Below, piece after piece: positions 39,541-52,297 of a DNA stretch of 64,000 nt. The stretch lies in contig CM120647.1 of NCBI GenBank assembly GCA_051362555.1, positions 6,014,001 through 6,078,000 of the forward strand, written 5' to 3'. The first letter of the stretch is position 1; the number at the start of each line of letters is the position of its first letter. The stretch comes from Lingula anatina. Lineage: Eukaryota > Animalia > Brachiopoda. The translations under genes were made by a program, and so were the position numbers. The notes below the pieces were generated by a model, which was not told where the DNA came from, did not search any database, and worked only from the letters and a program-made list of their open reading frames with translations.

Positions 39541-42500
39541 TTGAGGGCTTGACTTTGTTGTACCCCGGAGATAACGAAGAGGTCCTCTGTGACCAGTTTA
39601 ACGAAACTGAGGGTCCATGTGACAGAAAGTCTCCCTCCATTTAGTTATAATGGTTAGGGTTAGCCTGACCCAAGTCCCGGTGTCAAAATCTAGGGGGAGG
39701 GTTACCTGTAAAAATGAATGGGAAGCGAACTCTCTTTTTGTCCATCAGAGCCAAATAAAAAAAATAATAATAATAATATAAGGTCCGTACGTATTCTGAC
39801 CCCCCCCCCCTTCCCCCCAAATCAAAACCCTTGGTTGTCCAGAGCACTTTTCACATATGAACTATTTATTATCTAATCAACAGGTGTTAAGTCACAGGGC
39901 TCACCTGATGATACCTACAGACCATGGGCTCATTTACGACGAAACTATCATTCTACATAGATCGATCCAACTCCACGGGGACTTTTGCTGATTGCAAACA
40001 GGTTAACATTAACTCGTCTCCTCTTGCAGTTTATTAGACTACAGAAAAGCTGATGAATATACGAGCACGTTGGAAAAAAGAGGAAGTGCGGTTATCTGTT
40101 AATCTGATTCCCCAGGTTGGATCGATCTACGTAAACCGATAGTTACATTGGGAATGAGCCCTATATGTTCAGAGGTAAGACAGCCCAGATGGTTGACCGC
40201 CTAATAAATTTATATCTAAATCCATGTACTATTTACGTGACAGTAACATAGCCACTGACCGACTTTATTTTTAAGATATCATTTTTAAGATATTAAAATA
40301 TCAATGTACTTGCATGCCCCCCCCCCCAACACACACACACACTAACACCAAACACACACGCACATGTAATTCGTTTAAAGTTTTCTGTAGATTTAATATA
40401 AATAAATTCCTGCAATTATAACGTCTTATTATAGCTATGCATATTCATCCAACTCTTCAGGGGATACAAGATAGTGTAATGATAATAAATGTGCACAGAC
40501 CATTTTTGAGCAAAACCTACGGCAGTTTCTGACCTGAGCAAATTACCCAAAACATGTTCCTTTTTGTTTATTTAGCCTAAAAAATTTTTTTCTGAAACGC
40601 ACTTCCTAGAGAGAATTTTCACCAAATTCAATAAAAGAAAAACGTTAATCCTTAAAACCAAGATATATGTTCTATTCTGTTCTTTATTTATTTCTCTATC
40701 TATTTATTTATTTATTTATTTATTTATTTTAAGACCAAAGTGGGATTTTCGCATTTTGTATTGACATAACTTCAGAATAACAAAAACTTTCCAACTTTAC
40801 TGCAATGCTTTGATGTCTGTAAGATGGTTTCGAGATTATTTTCGCTAGGTTGTCATTCAATTTAGAATTGCGTTGGAAAGAATTATTATCGACAATTTCC
40901 TATTTCATCAACATTAGCAGATCGAGTGGAAAAAAATATAAGGTGATTATTGGATTATCCCGTGGAATTGTCAAAAAAAAAAGGGAGAAAGTAAAGAAAA
41001 AGAAGAGAAAAAGAAGCATATATTTTAACAATATATTTGCACGACAGTGGTTTGTATAAGGTAACATTTTAATGCAAAAAAAAGAAAAAGGAAAAATACA
41101 TTGTCGTTTGCATCTGGAATGTTTAATGAGATCATTCTATTTACAACTTGATTTGGTATAAATTGGTGTCCTGATCAACAATTTTAGAGTCACGACAAAA
41201 TTAACATAAACATAATCAACTATTTGTTTGTTTAAATGACCGAACCTGAATATTTCGTCGCCTTCGGTTCTCTTATTGTCTTTAGATAGTCTCTGATGAC
41301 CTAATAAAGGGCCGTTTCAGCCTTTGTCAGATAAGATTCCAATCCCAGAGTAACAATAGTCATTTTCAAGGCAACGGCGCATCTAAACGCGTCAGGCAAA
41401 CTCATCAGATATTAGGGCTACAGGTATAACAGTGATTCTACCTTGAGACGCTGTAATGTTGGAATGGCCGTTACTTTCAAGTGTGCGGCTCATCCCTCAA
41501 AAAGTGACTCAATGAGTCAAGACAGTGGCGCATATTACATGCCGTGTAATATTTCTTTGCCGCGTAATAAGTAAGCCTGACTTGCCGCATTATTTTTGAT
41601 GTTTTATATTACGGTACCCTCCATTGTGACCAGTTATCAATAATATTTAAAACTGATGTGAAATAGTTGCCCAAATATTACCCACTATGTACAGCTGTAG
41701 GCAATGCCAGAATTCCATATCTTTTTTGTTTTTTCAAAATCGGACGAAGAACCCCTTAAACACTACAGTCAGTCTGAGAGAGACTCTGATTTCTTGAATA
41801 CACGGGACAAATGTCGATTGATAACCTCAAGCAGTTTTGAAACATGATCATCATGGCCGCGTGGAAGTTACAGTCAGGAGCAAAATGCCGTACCACAGCA
41901 AATTATATGCACGATTTAAAACTATTTCTGAAATTAAATCCACCGTAAAGAAAATGACAATCAACCACAAAGCGCTCGAAATTGAGCCACAAGCTTAAGG
42001 CATCAGATCGTTGCCAGCCAAGCAAAATCCCAACTATGCGCATTTTCTCTTAAAGCATACAGGTAGCGTTCAAAACTTGGCGTACATGTATATAAACTCT
42101 TCAGGGGTAAATAAATTGTGTGATTAAATATACCGTGGCACAATGGCCGTTATTACACTTTCAAGGGCATAAATTATCCATGGATATCAAAATCTTGCTA
42201 CCTGCGTCAAAAACAAAGCTCAAAATTACCTACATCTTGGGTTTAATCTCGAACATTCTATACACGAGGTATAGACTGCCTTGAGAGATTTGCACAGTTG
42301 CCAGTGTGACAGGAACGGTAGTCCTGGGTAAATAATAAGTGTTTTGTTAGCGAATGTCGTCTTTCAGAGCTTTAAAAGGTATTTTGAAAAACGTTCAAAT
42401 TGTCAAACTTTGTTAGGGCGCTGTTCCCTAATGACGAATGCCAATACTGAAGAATCAAAATACTACATGTAGAATCGATGGTGCCGATTGCCTCAAGAAA

Positions 42501-42858
42501 CAGGAAAGCCGATAATGTTCATCTTTCCACTAAATGGTTTTCAAAAATATATATATACAAGCACACTTGCACACGCGTGCGTAGTTAGTTGTGGTTGGTT
42601 CTGGTTTTCATTCCCTGACCATGTGATGGTTTTTTATACCAAGTTTTGGTTTTCATTTTGTCGCACGCTTGAAGCACTTGCCTATTTTGTATACCATTTT
42701 GCTGTTCCCTTTTGACTTTCAAGAAAATAGACTGAATTAGTTATTGAGGACGCCAATATACACACTGAGATAGGCTGCTGCATTCAGTGTTGGTGTCGAG
42801 CGCCTTTAGAGGCAGAGGGACAGTGATATTCCTCATAAAAGTAGAAACCATGAATATG

Positions 42859-45800
42859 TTATTGGGGCCTCCATCCACGTACAAACTGCATCAGTTTCCG
42901 CGCGTGAAAAGGCTTCATGTCAAACTCGTCTTGCAGTATGTCTTCCTCTAGCGCAGCCAGGAGAGTCCCGTCAATATCGTTGTCTCTGAACGCAGGAATA
43001 TATTGGTCCATTTTCAACACCTTCAGACAACTGGCGACTTCGTCTATTGAAAGGGAAGTGACGTCATGCGGGATTTCCGCGAAGCTTTGGTAGACCGGGT
43101 CGGAAGAGCTTTCGTCTGTATTCGGCACATATGGAAATGGAAGTTCACAATAAAATTCTAACAATGGCAATTAGGGTAAACCGCGTCTTTAAACTAAATG
43201 TTTTTTCTTTTGCCATCAAGACGTTTCATATTACTTAGGGCCTACTTTTTCATGAGGGATCTGAACGTTAACGTAGAAAATACTTAAAGTCTCTTCAAGA
43301 ACGTTTAACTTTTTATCATGGAGAGACAAGAAAAATACAATTTATTCCACCGTTATTCTAATAGGTTAAGAATCATTACATTTCACGGTAAGCCAAGATG
43401 CTAGACATTTTGTTAAAATAAGTCCGCCTATTCCTAATGAATGACGGGAAATTAAAATATCTAGATTCATTATAAGGGCTTTTAGCCAATATCTGATTTT
43501 AAAGCATTAATTCATGAACAAACAGTAACCAACAACAGCAACAATAATATTATAATAATTATAATAATTTTTTCCTCACCTTTGAACGGTTGTGAGTCCG
43601 ATCTCTTCAACTCAACCACCGGCGGTTTAGTTGGCACCTCAACCAAGGGGGGAGCTGGGTTCGAGACGGGGGGCTGGAAAGGCTTCACCGTCCCGCGGGG
43701 TATGTCGTTCACATAGGGTGGCCCCTCCGAGAGTTCCTCGTACACCCGATCTTCGCGCGTGGGAGTGGGTCCGTATCGAGGGTTCGTCTCCTCAACCGTG
43801 CTGACACTGCTTTGCTTTGAAACTGGCGGTGTCGACGGTTTTTGCGAGGGTTTCGGCGATACCAGCGGTTTGTTTTTGGTCGGCTTTAATCCGCCTGCCA
43901 GTATGGCAGCCAGTTCGGCCGCTAGCCCTTTTTTCACTTCGGTCTTTTCCGTGGAACTCTCGGCTGTTTTCGTGGGACTCTTCTGCCCGCCGTCTGACGT
44001 CGGAATAGGCGGAGGCTTCCGGTGGTGTCGCTGCTCGGGTAATTCCGGGGGCGGTTCGTCGTCCTCGGCTTCTTTTTTTTCTCTGGCCTCAATTTCTTCC
44101 ACCGATTCGTACACGTTAACTGGAATCTCGACGTTGTTTTGAGGCCGTTTTGATCGCTGTATGTGGCGGACTACATTCTCTGGCGGACTGATAAGTGTGT
44201 ACCCTTTATCCGTATCTGGTCCGGTTTGTTTGTAGTTGAGTTTGACGTAGTGGCGCGGCTCTATGTAATCGTACAGCTTGTCGTCGCCCCTTCCCTTCAC
44301 GGCACCTCTTTGAAATTCGCGATCCTCGTACATGGTTATGTCTGGAAATAAATAAATAATATTTAAATATAAATAAAATAAAATCTCTTCGTGTATCAGT
44401 CTAACATTTTCTCTCTATACTTGTGTTATTGTGTCTATCCCTTCCTTTTTTCTCTCCTTCCCCCCTTTACTTTCTCTGTCTCTTCTTTGTCTCTTCCGCA
44501 CAAGAACATACGGACATATTTGCATCCTTTCGCCATGACGTCACCTTACCTATATTTCCCTCCACCTGACTGAAGTCGATACCCTTCAGCGCGCGCGTGT
44601 ACGCCGCCTGGAGGTTGTGCCATAGGTCAAGGTCACCGTTGGCCATGCCCGTCGCCACACAAATGGAAATATTGACGTAGAGAGGGATGACGATAATCTT
44701 CGAGTGGATAACACCTGGTAATGTACAGGACGTAATATTTATTTATTTATTTATTTATTTATTTATGTAATCTTACATGATTACAAGAAAAGCTCTCCGA
44801 GAGCGCAGACCTCCGCCAAGGCAGCGATTTTTGATTATTATTGATTATTGATTGATTATTGATCCGGATCACCATCAAAAACTAATCATCTCTTCCTTGG
44901 CACACTTCTGACAGTTCCTGAAAATTTCATCAAAATCGGTCCATAACTTTATGAGTTATGTTGATGACAAACAAACAAACAAACAAACAGACGAACAGGG
45001 GTGAAAACATAACCTCCTTGGCGGAGGTAACAATAATAAGAAAATAGTATTCAGCTAAGACATATGTGAAATATACATCAAAATTGCTTTCTGTTGGAGG
45101 TGTAGATTTACATATTTATTCATTTGTTTGATTATTTATTTATTTATTTACAGCATATATTTGCAATAATTTCCACTCATTTCTAAGATAAAATAAAAAT
45201 GAAAATGAATAAAATCTGCTTGCGAGTAACTTGCGCTACCTGCTAGCTGTGTAGTTATCGTATTTTTACTTTTGAATTTTGGATAAAGCATATCATATTG
45301 ATAACGTTCCAAAAAGGTTTAAGGCATTGTGAGACTTTAAAGACTTACTTCCATTTATTGTATTAGCTTTGAAATATTTCTCGGTAAAGAATTCTCGTAC
45401 TTCGAAGACTCCAAAACTGTCTGTTGATTTTGTTGTGGAGTCGATCTGAAAGTCTATTCCGGCCATTTCGGGTGCAAATCTCACTTTTACTGGCATCCGG
45501 CAACATTCTACTATGTCGCGGAAAAAGCGGCTTTTTCCGACAGCTGAAAAATAAAACATGATAAATAACATGTTGCAAATATAAATATATCCAATAATAC
45601 ACGCTTAGACAAACGTTTTTATACCCCATACCAAACTGTTCATTCACCTGTGGATGAACCTGTTTCATTAATAAGAATAAATTAAGCGAAAACACAGTAA
45701 AACTCACGTTTCCCTTGGTCGTTGAGTACCTCAAATTTGAGTGGGAAATCACACGGGATGCTCAAGTAGCGCCCTCTAGAGTCCGTAGCAATTACACGGC

Positions 45801-46150
45801 GCTGGGTCGAGATTGTGTGTATGCGCAGTATCTGGAAAAGCAAACAAAAAACAAAAATTAGCTTAGGAATTTCTGACAGAATTTCTTCTGTGAGTATTGT
45901 AAAACTATTATGAGGTAAAACTGATTTCTACACAATTTAATTTTCTTGGTAATCACGACATTTTGTGAGATCTACTCACACAGGTCATGGGCGTAACTAG
46001 GCATACGCACGGATGCACTGTGCGTACAATTATTTGGCCAACCATGATATTATTTCATTTTTCACGGAATATAAAAGAAAATCCTGTGCTTATTAAAGTC
46101 ACCTGTATGTACAAGTCCTCTGTATCAATTGTATAGGCACAATTATTCTG

Positions 46151-46189
<39 letters not shown>

Positions 46190-48623
46190 TCTTGCAAACT
46201 GAGGTAAACAATGCCTGTAACCTTAACAAGTCCTATCTTAATCGTCCATCTAACTGAAACTTCCTTTACCTTTACCTCTTTCAAAGAGCAGCTCCCGCAA
46301 CCCTGGAGGCGCTAGATAAAATCTGGACACCAGGTTTAAGAAGGAGCTAGAGAAACAAAGGAAGAATTTTTCCTGCAAAGCTTCAAAGAATTTTGACATG
46401 GACTTGACCCAGCTTACCCCTCCAAACTAACAGGCTGACATGGGCAATTTTTACAAACAAATAATTAAACTTAGATGTATCAGAGCTCTGTCGTGTCGTA
46501 CAATTGGTTGTTTTTGGGAGCCATGCATCCACATGTAAGGTGAATGAAACCGTATGTTAGATCAACTCAGAGGTGGATCCAGGATTATTCGAAGGGGGTT
46601 CCACATATGCGAAGCTAGCCTCCTTTTAAATAAATATACCGTTCTGGGTAATAAGAATATTGAAACTTTTTTAATTGCGAGGATATTTCTGACTAAATAT
46701 TTTATTATTAATGGAAATTAAGCTGCGATGTGTGGTACATATGCTGTAATTACGCTGTCCTTCATCTCTTGCGTTAGTCTACATTTTGCTGGGAATTTTA
46801 AAAATCTGTGCGTACAATTTTTAAAGGTCTGGTTACGCCCCTGCAGGTCATGCGCGCCTCCTCTTTGAGTAGGGGCCTACCATCTACCAGGGCTGTGGAT
46901 ATTATTGTGGACATTTTTGGCTGACATCAGACCAGAGAGACTGTCTGTTTATCTAGAGACATATCTGTGAATAACTGTGGAAAATCAATCTGTCGCCCTG
47001 GTAGAGGGAACTCTTTGAGAGCATTCCGAACAAGTTGATCCCCGGCACTCGGAACTACTCGGATGTCTCCGCACTCGACAATAACCTCGGACGTAATACG
47101 GAGGCAGCCATATTTGATTGTTGATTGTTGGGAAGGAACTACTTTCAACCTCGCGCTAATTTAAACCTAATTCTTTCAACGCCTGTATCTATTGATCCTT
47201 AGTGCATTGTTTGGCAAAATGTAAAGCATCATAAAAATCAGGGATATTGACAGCCATCTTTATGAGCGTACTGATCGATTGAGTGAGAAGGCGGACAAAA
47301 TGCATGGATTTGGTGCATATTTCTCCGCCTATCACATCCGAGGTAAGTATGGAGCTTGTGGAATGAGCCGAGGATTGCCGATTGGATCCACTGACTAACA
47401 GATCCCTGAATCAAATATGGCCGACCCACTTGAAAGCTTGCTGCATGATCCCCCAAATAGACACTGAATAGATTGCCCGCGGGGGCTGCGCAACAAGCAT
47501 TCAAGTGGGGTGGCCATATTTGTTCCGCGGGTCTTTTAGTCCGCGGATCAACTTTGGTTGTGAGTGCCGCCTTTCTCGCCATTCTTTCACTAGCAGTCCA
47601 GATTTATCGTCTTATATGTGACACATATAAGTTATATCTATACCAAGTACAAAATAATAAACACAGAATTGGCGAACTTATTGTTAAAATAAAGTGACTA
47701 GCGTTATTCAAGCAACTTTACTATCACAATCATGTCACCATCACGTCATCACAACTAGCACAATGATGTTTAACCGTTAATACCGTTTATATTATGACCT
47801 AAGGTCAAAATGATTACAAAATATTTTGAACAGTGATATTCCAAATCATGAATCGTTTGTAAGACAAATCTTCACAATAGGAATTTGAAAACAAAAAAAA
47901 ATTGACATCTGCTCAGCAAAAAACTGAAAAAGCCGACTTATGGGAACTTAATGCTTAAACTACATGCATTACAATCAATGTATCAATGTATCATTATTAT
48001 TTTTGGATGGTTTTAGTTATGAAATGAATTAGGGGCCAGAATCCTATATATAATATAATATAATATAATATAATATAATATAATATAATATAATATAATA
48101 TAATATAATATAATATATAAAACTAGCTGGTACCCGTCACATCAATCATTGAACCCTGATAAGATAAGTATACACGGTTTAATAATTGAAAAAAAAAAAG
48201 AAAAGAAAAAAAGTGGGACTGAATGGGAATCGCAACTACTTTATACTATGCTATGCTATGCTATGCTATGCTATGCTATACTATACTATACTGGGAGATA
48301 CTATACTATACTATACTATACTATACTATACTATACTATACTATACTATACTATACCATACCATACCATACCATACCATACCATACCATACCATACTATA
48401 CTATACCATACAATGCCATGCCATGCCAAGCCATACCATGCCATACCATGCCATGCCATACCTGATCAGCGGCAAATGTCTCGACCTCGGAGTTGCCATA
48501 GAAACCCTGCGTAACCATGATGATCTGGGGTAAGTTCTCCCTGTACCTGTCAATGAATTCCCGCATAGTCAGCTGTTCTGACGACCAGGCAATATCCCTG
48601 TAGGCGTCCATAATTGTTGACAT
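42859..48623 (-). CDS. CABIT-domain / Tyr- and Pro-rich / C-terminal SAM-domain signalling adaptor (GAREM/THEMIS-like architecture), 6 coding exons, 554 aa
   Basis: Exons 48623-48462, 45831-45708, 45543-45349, 44714-44550, 44341-43580, 43115-42859 total 1665 nt and are phase-consistent. The N-terminus (WSSEQLTMREFIDRYRENLPQIIMVTQGFYG..ILRIH..YLSIPCDFPLKFEVL) resembles CABIT. The C-terminus (LSIDEVASCLKVLKMDQYIPAFRDNDIDGTLL..KLMQFVRGWRP) is a SAM domain. Confidence 0.88.
44783..45031 (+). mobile_element. Helentron-associated / DINE-1-like non-autonomous element
   Basis: Subterminal inverted repeat ACCTCCGCCAAGG ... CCTTGGCGGAGGT, an (ACAA)n microsatellite near the 3' end and a short terminal hairpin. 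Confidence 0.7.
45986..46843. mobile_element. Longer (858-bp) member of the CAGGGGCGTAACCAG family
   Basis: Same termini as 39375-39540; TSD CAGGT/CAGGT. The internal sequence matches about 18994-19615 in reverse complement. Confidence 0.8.
48243..48461. repeat. Compound pentanucleotide microsatellite (CTATG)n-(CTATA)n-(CCATA)n-(CCATG)n
   Basis: Directly visible; abuts the donor of the first CABIT coding exon. An (AATAT)n tract lies at about 48047-48118 and (TA)n tracts at about 48723-48794 and 52117-52195. Confidence 0.95.
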
Positions 48624-48720
48624 TTTATAAGTCTGACATAGAAAAAAAAAAAAAGAAAGATCAATATCAAAACAATATACATATCTATTGTTGATAAAAA
48701 TTGAAATTCCTTTTGTGTGC

Positions 48721-48796
<76 letters not shown>

Positions 48797-49144
48797 CTGG
48801 CGTTCCAATGGAATTCGAAATATTTGTGTGTGTAGTTCAAAATATAAGTTGATGTTTGTGTGTTGTTTTATTATTATTAAACATCATACAGGAGTGGATC
48901 CAATGATATTTTCTGACAGTATTCCAAATTATCTTTGTTGATCCATCCTCCATTTTTGATGGTCTTCCGAGAGAAAAAAAATCCGTCAATGTAAACTTTA
49001 AAATCTAACTAAAACTAACCCCCCCCCCCCCCCCCCCCCGACATACCCTGTATACTATATACACAAACTATCCCACTCAAAGTCATACTGGTATCTCACA
49101 ACACGTGACATAAAACGCGACATGCGACATCTGGTGTCGATCAG

Positions 49145-49291
49145 GGCCCCGTATCTCGAAAGCATCGCGCATTGCGCCCGTGCGCAAGCGTCTCGATTCC
49201 ATAACTCGCCCATAATCGTCCCATATAATACATTGCAGCCTCTATTTGATATAGCGATTCGCAATACGCGATGCTTTCGAGATACGGGGCC
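49145..49291. mobile_element. Palindromic MITE with CAG TSD
   Basis: GGCCCCGTATCTCGAAAGCATCGCG...CGCGATGCTTTCGAGATACGGGGCC flanked by CAG/CAG. Confidence 0.85.
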
Positions 49292-49958
49292 CAGAAACTA
49301 CAGACGATTACACAAAACATATCCACAATATTCCACCTTGTTAATCGCTTATGTATAAATATTAGAAAATTCATATTTCATATAAAATACAAAGTCAAAC
49401 TTCAACAACAAAAAAGAAAAAAAAAACAATAAATAAAGAATAGAGAAAGAATACAGAAATATGAAAAACGAAAGCCACATCAAATCAAAATACCATATAA
49501 ATGATACACTCCAGATAAAGGAATTCTTTAAAATCACACGTGTGGTTAGTAGGTTATTTAATACGTTCAGGCGCTTTACAGTACTCTTCTAAAACTTTGT
49601 TTATAAAGCATCCTACGACCCTAATCACTATGGTTTAACCTTTTTAAAACTAAATTAACAAATAAATTATCCAAAAAAAGTTGACGTACCGTATATTTTA
49701 AAGGTGCACAGTGTAGGATTTTCCTGCAAAAAACTCATACTTGACTAAGTATCTTTTGGTAAACGGTATCCTACTCCTACTAACCAACTCTTATCCTCCT
49801 TTTCTGACACTCTTCATTACACAAAAATTTTAAAAGAAGTTCTTAACCCATGCTAAAGCGACCTTTTTTTCATATTCCGATATCCCTTCGATCTCAATTC
49901 GAGCACCGACTTCCGGATTCCACGCGATTTGAAACTGTGTCAAGTTAGTCGACCGGTG

Positions 49959-50004
<46 letters not shown>

Positions 50005-50097
50005 CAATACTAGTATAAAAACTCGGATTTATCTGTTAAAAAATTATTAAAAATGATTTTTGTCGTCGGAGTAAAAAAAATTGACTCATGTACTTTT

Positions 50098-51687
50098 CTA
50101 ACGTGTGTCTAATATTTGACACTCGAATTTACTCAAATGTACGCTAAATGACATGCTACTTGCCGGTGGTGGGGTAGATGACTGAATTATTCGAACAGGC
50201 GGCGATGACGAAAACAAATCACGAAGATGACTGACCTGCAGGGCTGGAGGAGCTGTTCGCAGTGTATTTCCTGACCATGGTGGAGGCATATTAATGCCAC
50301 AAAGATTACCCGTGTTGACCTGCGGTGGTGGTTGCGAAGGGTTCGTCATTCTTACTGGCGGTGGCTGCACAAAGGAATGGTTAGGATGGTCCGAATTGGT
50401 CCGTGGTGGGGTGGGTGTCCGCATTCTGTTCGTTGGCGGTGGCTGCACAAAGGAATGATGAGGATGGTCCGAATTGGTCCGTGGCGGGGTGGGTGTCCGC
50501 ATTCTGTTTGTTGACGGTGGCTGCCCAAAGGAATGATTAGGATGCTCCGAATTGGTCCGTGGCGGGGTGGGTGTCCGCATTCTGTTTGTTGACGGTGGCT
50601 GCCCAAAGGAAGGATTTGGATGGTCCGAATTGGTCCGTGTCGGGGTGGAGGTCCGCACTCTGTTTGTTGGCGGTGGCTGCCCAAAGGAAGGATTTGGATG
50701 GTCCGAATTGATCCGTGGCGGGGTGGAGGTCCGCACTCTGTTTGTTGGCGGTGGCTGCACAAAGGAATGATGAGGATGGTCCGAATTGGTCTGTGGCGGA
50801 GTGGAGGTCCGCATTCTGTTTGTTGGCGGTGGCTGCACAAAGGAATGATTAGGATGGTCCGAATTGGTCCGTGGCGGAGTGGAGGTCCGCATTCTGTTTG
50901 TTGGCGGTGGCTGCACAAAGGAATGATTAGGATGGTCCGAATTGGTCCGTGGCGGAGTGGAGGTCCGCATTCTGTTTGTTGACGGTGGCTGCCCAAAGGA
51001 ATGATTAGGATGGTCCGAATTGATCCGTGGCGGGGTGGAGGTCCGCATTCTGTTTGTTGGCGGTGGCTTCACAAAGGAATAATTAGAATGGTCCGAATTG
51101 GTCCGTGTCGGGGTGGAGGTCCGCATTCTGTTTGTTGACGGTGGCTGTAGAAAGGAATGATGAGGATGGTCCGAATTGGTCCGTGGCGGGGTGGGGGTCC
51201 CCATTCTGTTTGTTGGCGATGGCGGCTTTAAATGTAGGTATGCATCTTGGCCCTTGCCCGCATTGTTACTGTCCGAAAATCGCAACTGATGATCATTTTG
51301 GAGAAGGAAATTTTCTCTCCAGAGGCGTTTGCCTTGTACATGCATATTTTGTGGAGGCGAAGTGAATTTCTTGTTTGACATTCTCAGGTTTTTAGTAATG
51401 GAGGAAGAGGTTTGTTTCATGTCTTGTTCAATACCGGTAGTTGGTGCCAAATCCCGCGTCAAATATTCTAAATCTTCCACATTTTTGTCAATGCCAGCTT
51501 GAAAGTCCTTCCTTTCTATTGCTTCCTTCTCAAGGCCTGGGGGTCTAGTTTCAAATTTATTCAAACGGCGATCGATAATTGCCTTGTAAGCTGTGTTGAT
51601 CATAGAAGAAAGATCGTTCGAGATAACTGTATTTGAACAAGGCGGAAAGTCAATCAGAATTTCTTCCTCGTCAAACAAATGAGTCAT
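50098..51687 (-). CDS. Hypothetical 529-aa Pro/Thr/Ser/His-rich repeat protein inside the Kolobok-like element
   Basis: The ORF has about 156 aa of unique N-terminus, 11 x 26-aa repeats (TPPRTNSDHPNHSFVQPPPTNRMRTS) and about 87 aa of C-terminus, all in one frame. No domain was recognised and expression is unknown. Confidence 0.45.
   Translation of the reverse strand: MTHLFDEEEILIDFPPCSNTVISNDLSSMINTAYKAIIDRRLNKFETRPPGLEKEAIERKDFQAGIDKNVEDLEYLTRDLAPTTGIEQDMKQTSSSITKNLRMSNKKFTSPPQNMHVQGKRLWRENFLLQNDHQLRFSDSNNAGKGQDAYLHLKPPSPTNRMGTPTPPRTNSDHPHHSFLQPPSTNRMRTSTPTRTNSDHSNYSFVKPPPTNRMRTSTPPRINSDHPNHSFGQPPSTNRMRTSTPPRTNSDHPNHSFVQPPPTNRMRTSTPPRTNSDHPNHSFVQPPPTNRMRTSTPPQTNSDHPHHSFVQPPPTNRVRTSTPPRINSDHPNPSFGQPPPTNRVRTSTPTRTNSDHPNPSFGQPPSTNRMRTPTPPRTNSEHPNHSFGQPPSTNRMRTPTPPRTNSDHPHHSFVQPPPTNRMRTPTPPRTNSDHPNHSFVQPPPVRMTNPSQPPPQVNTGNLCGINMPPPWSGNTLRTAPPALQVSHLRDLFSSSPPVRIIQSSTPPPASSMSFSVHLSKFECQILDTR
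50360..51217. repeat. 78-bp tandem repeat, 11 copies
   Basis: The unit start ggtggct recurs at 50360, 50438, 50516 ... 51140 with an exact 78-bp period. Confidence 0.95.
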
Positions 51688-52112
51688 CTTATAACTCTCG
51701 TCACTTTACACTTTTTCATAATCAATTCTTCGTGGCCATTTGTTATGATTTTTGTAGAATTTTAAAATCCTGTTCAGATATAAAAAGAAACATTAAACAC
51801 ATAATAAAACAACCCCCCTAAACCAGTGCATCACCGGCTGAAAGAGTCAAACTGGGCGGGGCACATTTCAGATATGTTTAAAAAAGGAAGCCATAGATCA
51901 CATTACCTTCAGGGGAAGCATTACAGATAAGAAATTATTAATGAAAGGGGTTAAGGGGGAAATGGCAAAATTTCATAGATATAAATTCACATTTTCTTTA
52001 AAAGAAACTTAGTTATACTTCCCAAAAGCCTAATTAGATAATAAATAAAGAGTCATCATCACATGTAGGACATAGCACTTCAATAAAGTGTACCGAAGGA
52101 GTAAGATTGTGC

Positions 52113-52197
<85 letters not shown>

Positions 52198-52297
52198 CAC
52201 TGTACAGAGTAGATATACCTGGAATAGAATTAACTATTAGGTATCTTTTTTTGTAAACTTATATTAAGTATTGTATAGGGAACCTACTAATGTATCA

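Noticed and set aside
43759-44142. 127-aa + strand ORF, and similar antisense ORFs at 3492-3962 and 29151-29432
   Set aside because: They are antisense shadows of real minus-strand exons.
48149-48941. Tyr/Ile/His-rich ORFs on the + strand
   Set aside because: They are translations of microsatellites.
50360-51217. CRISPR-like or diversity-cassette array; overlapping ORFs in other frames
   Set aside because: It is a head-to-tail 78-bp repeat without spacers; the alternative-frame ORFs are by-products of a stop-poor unit.
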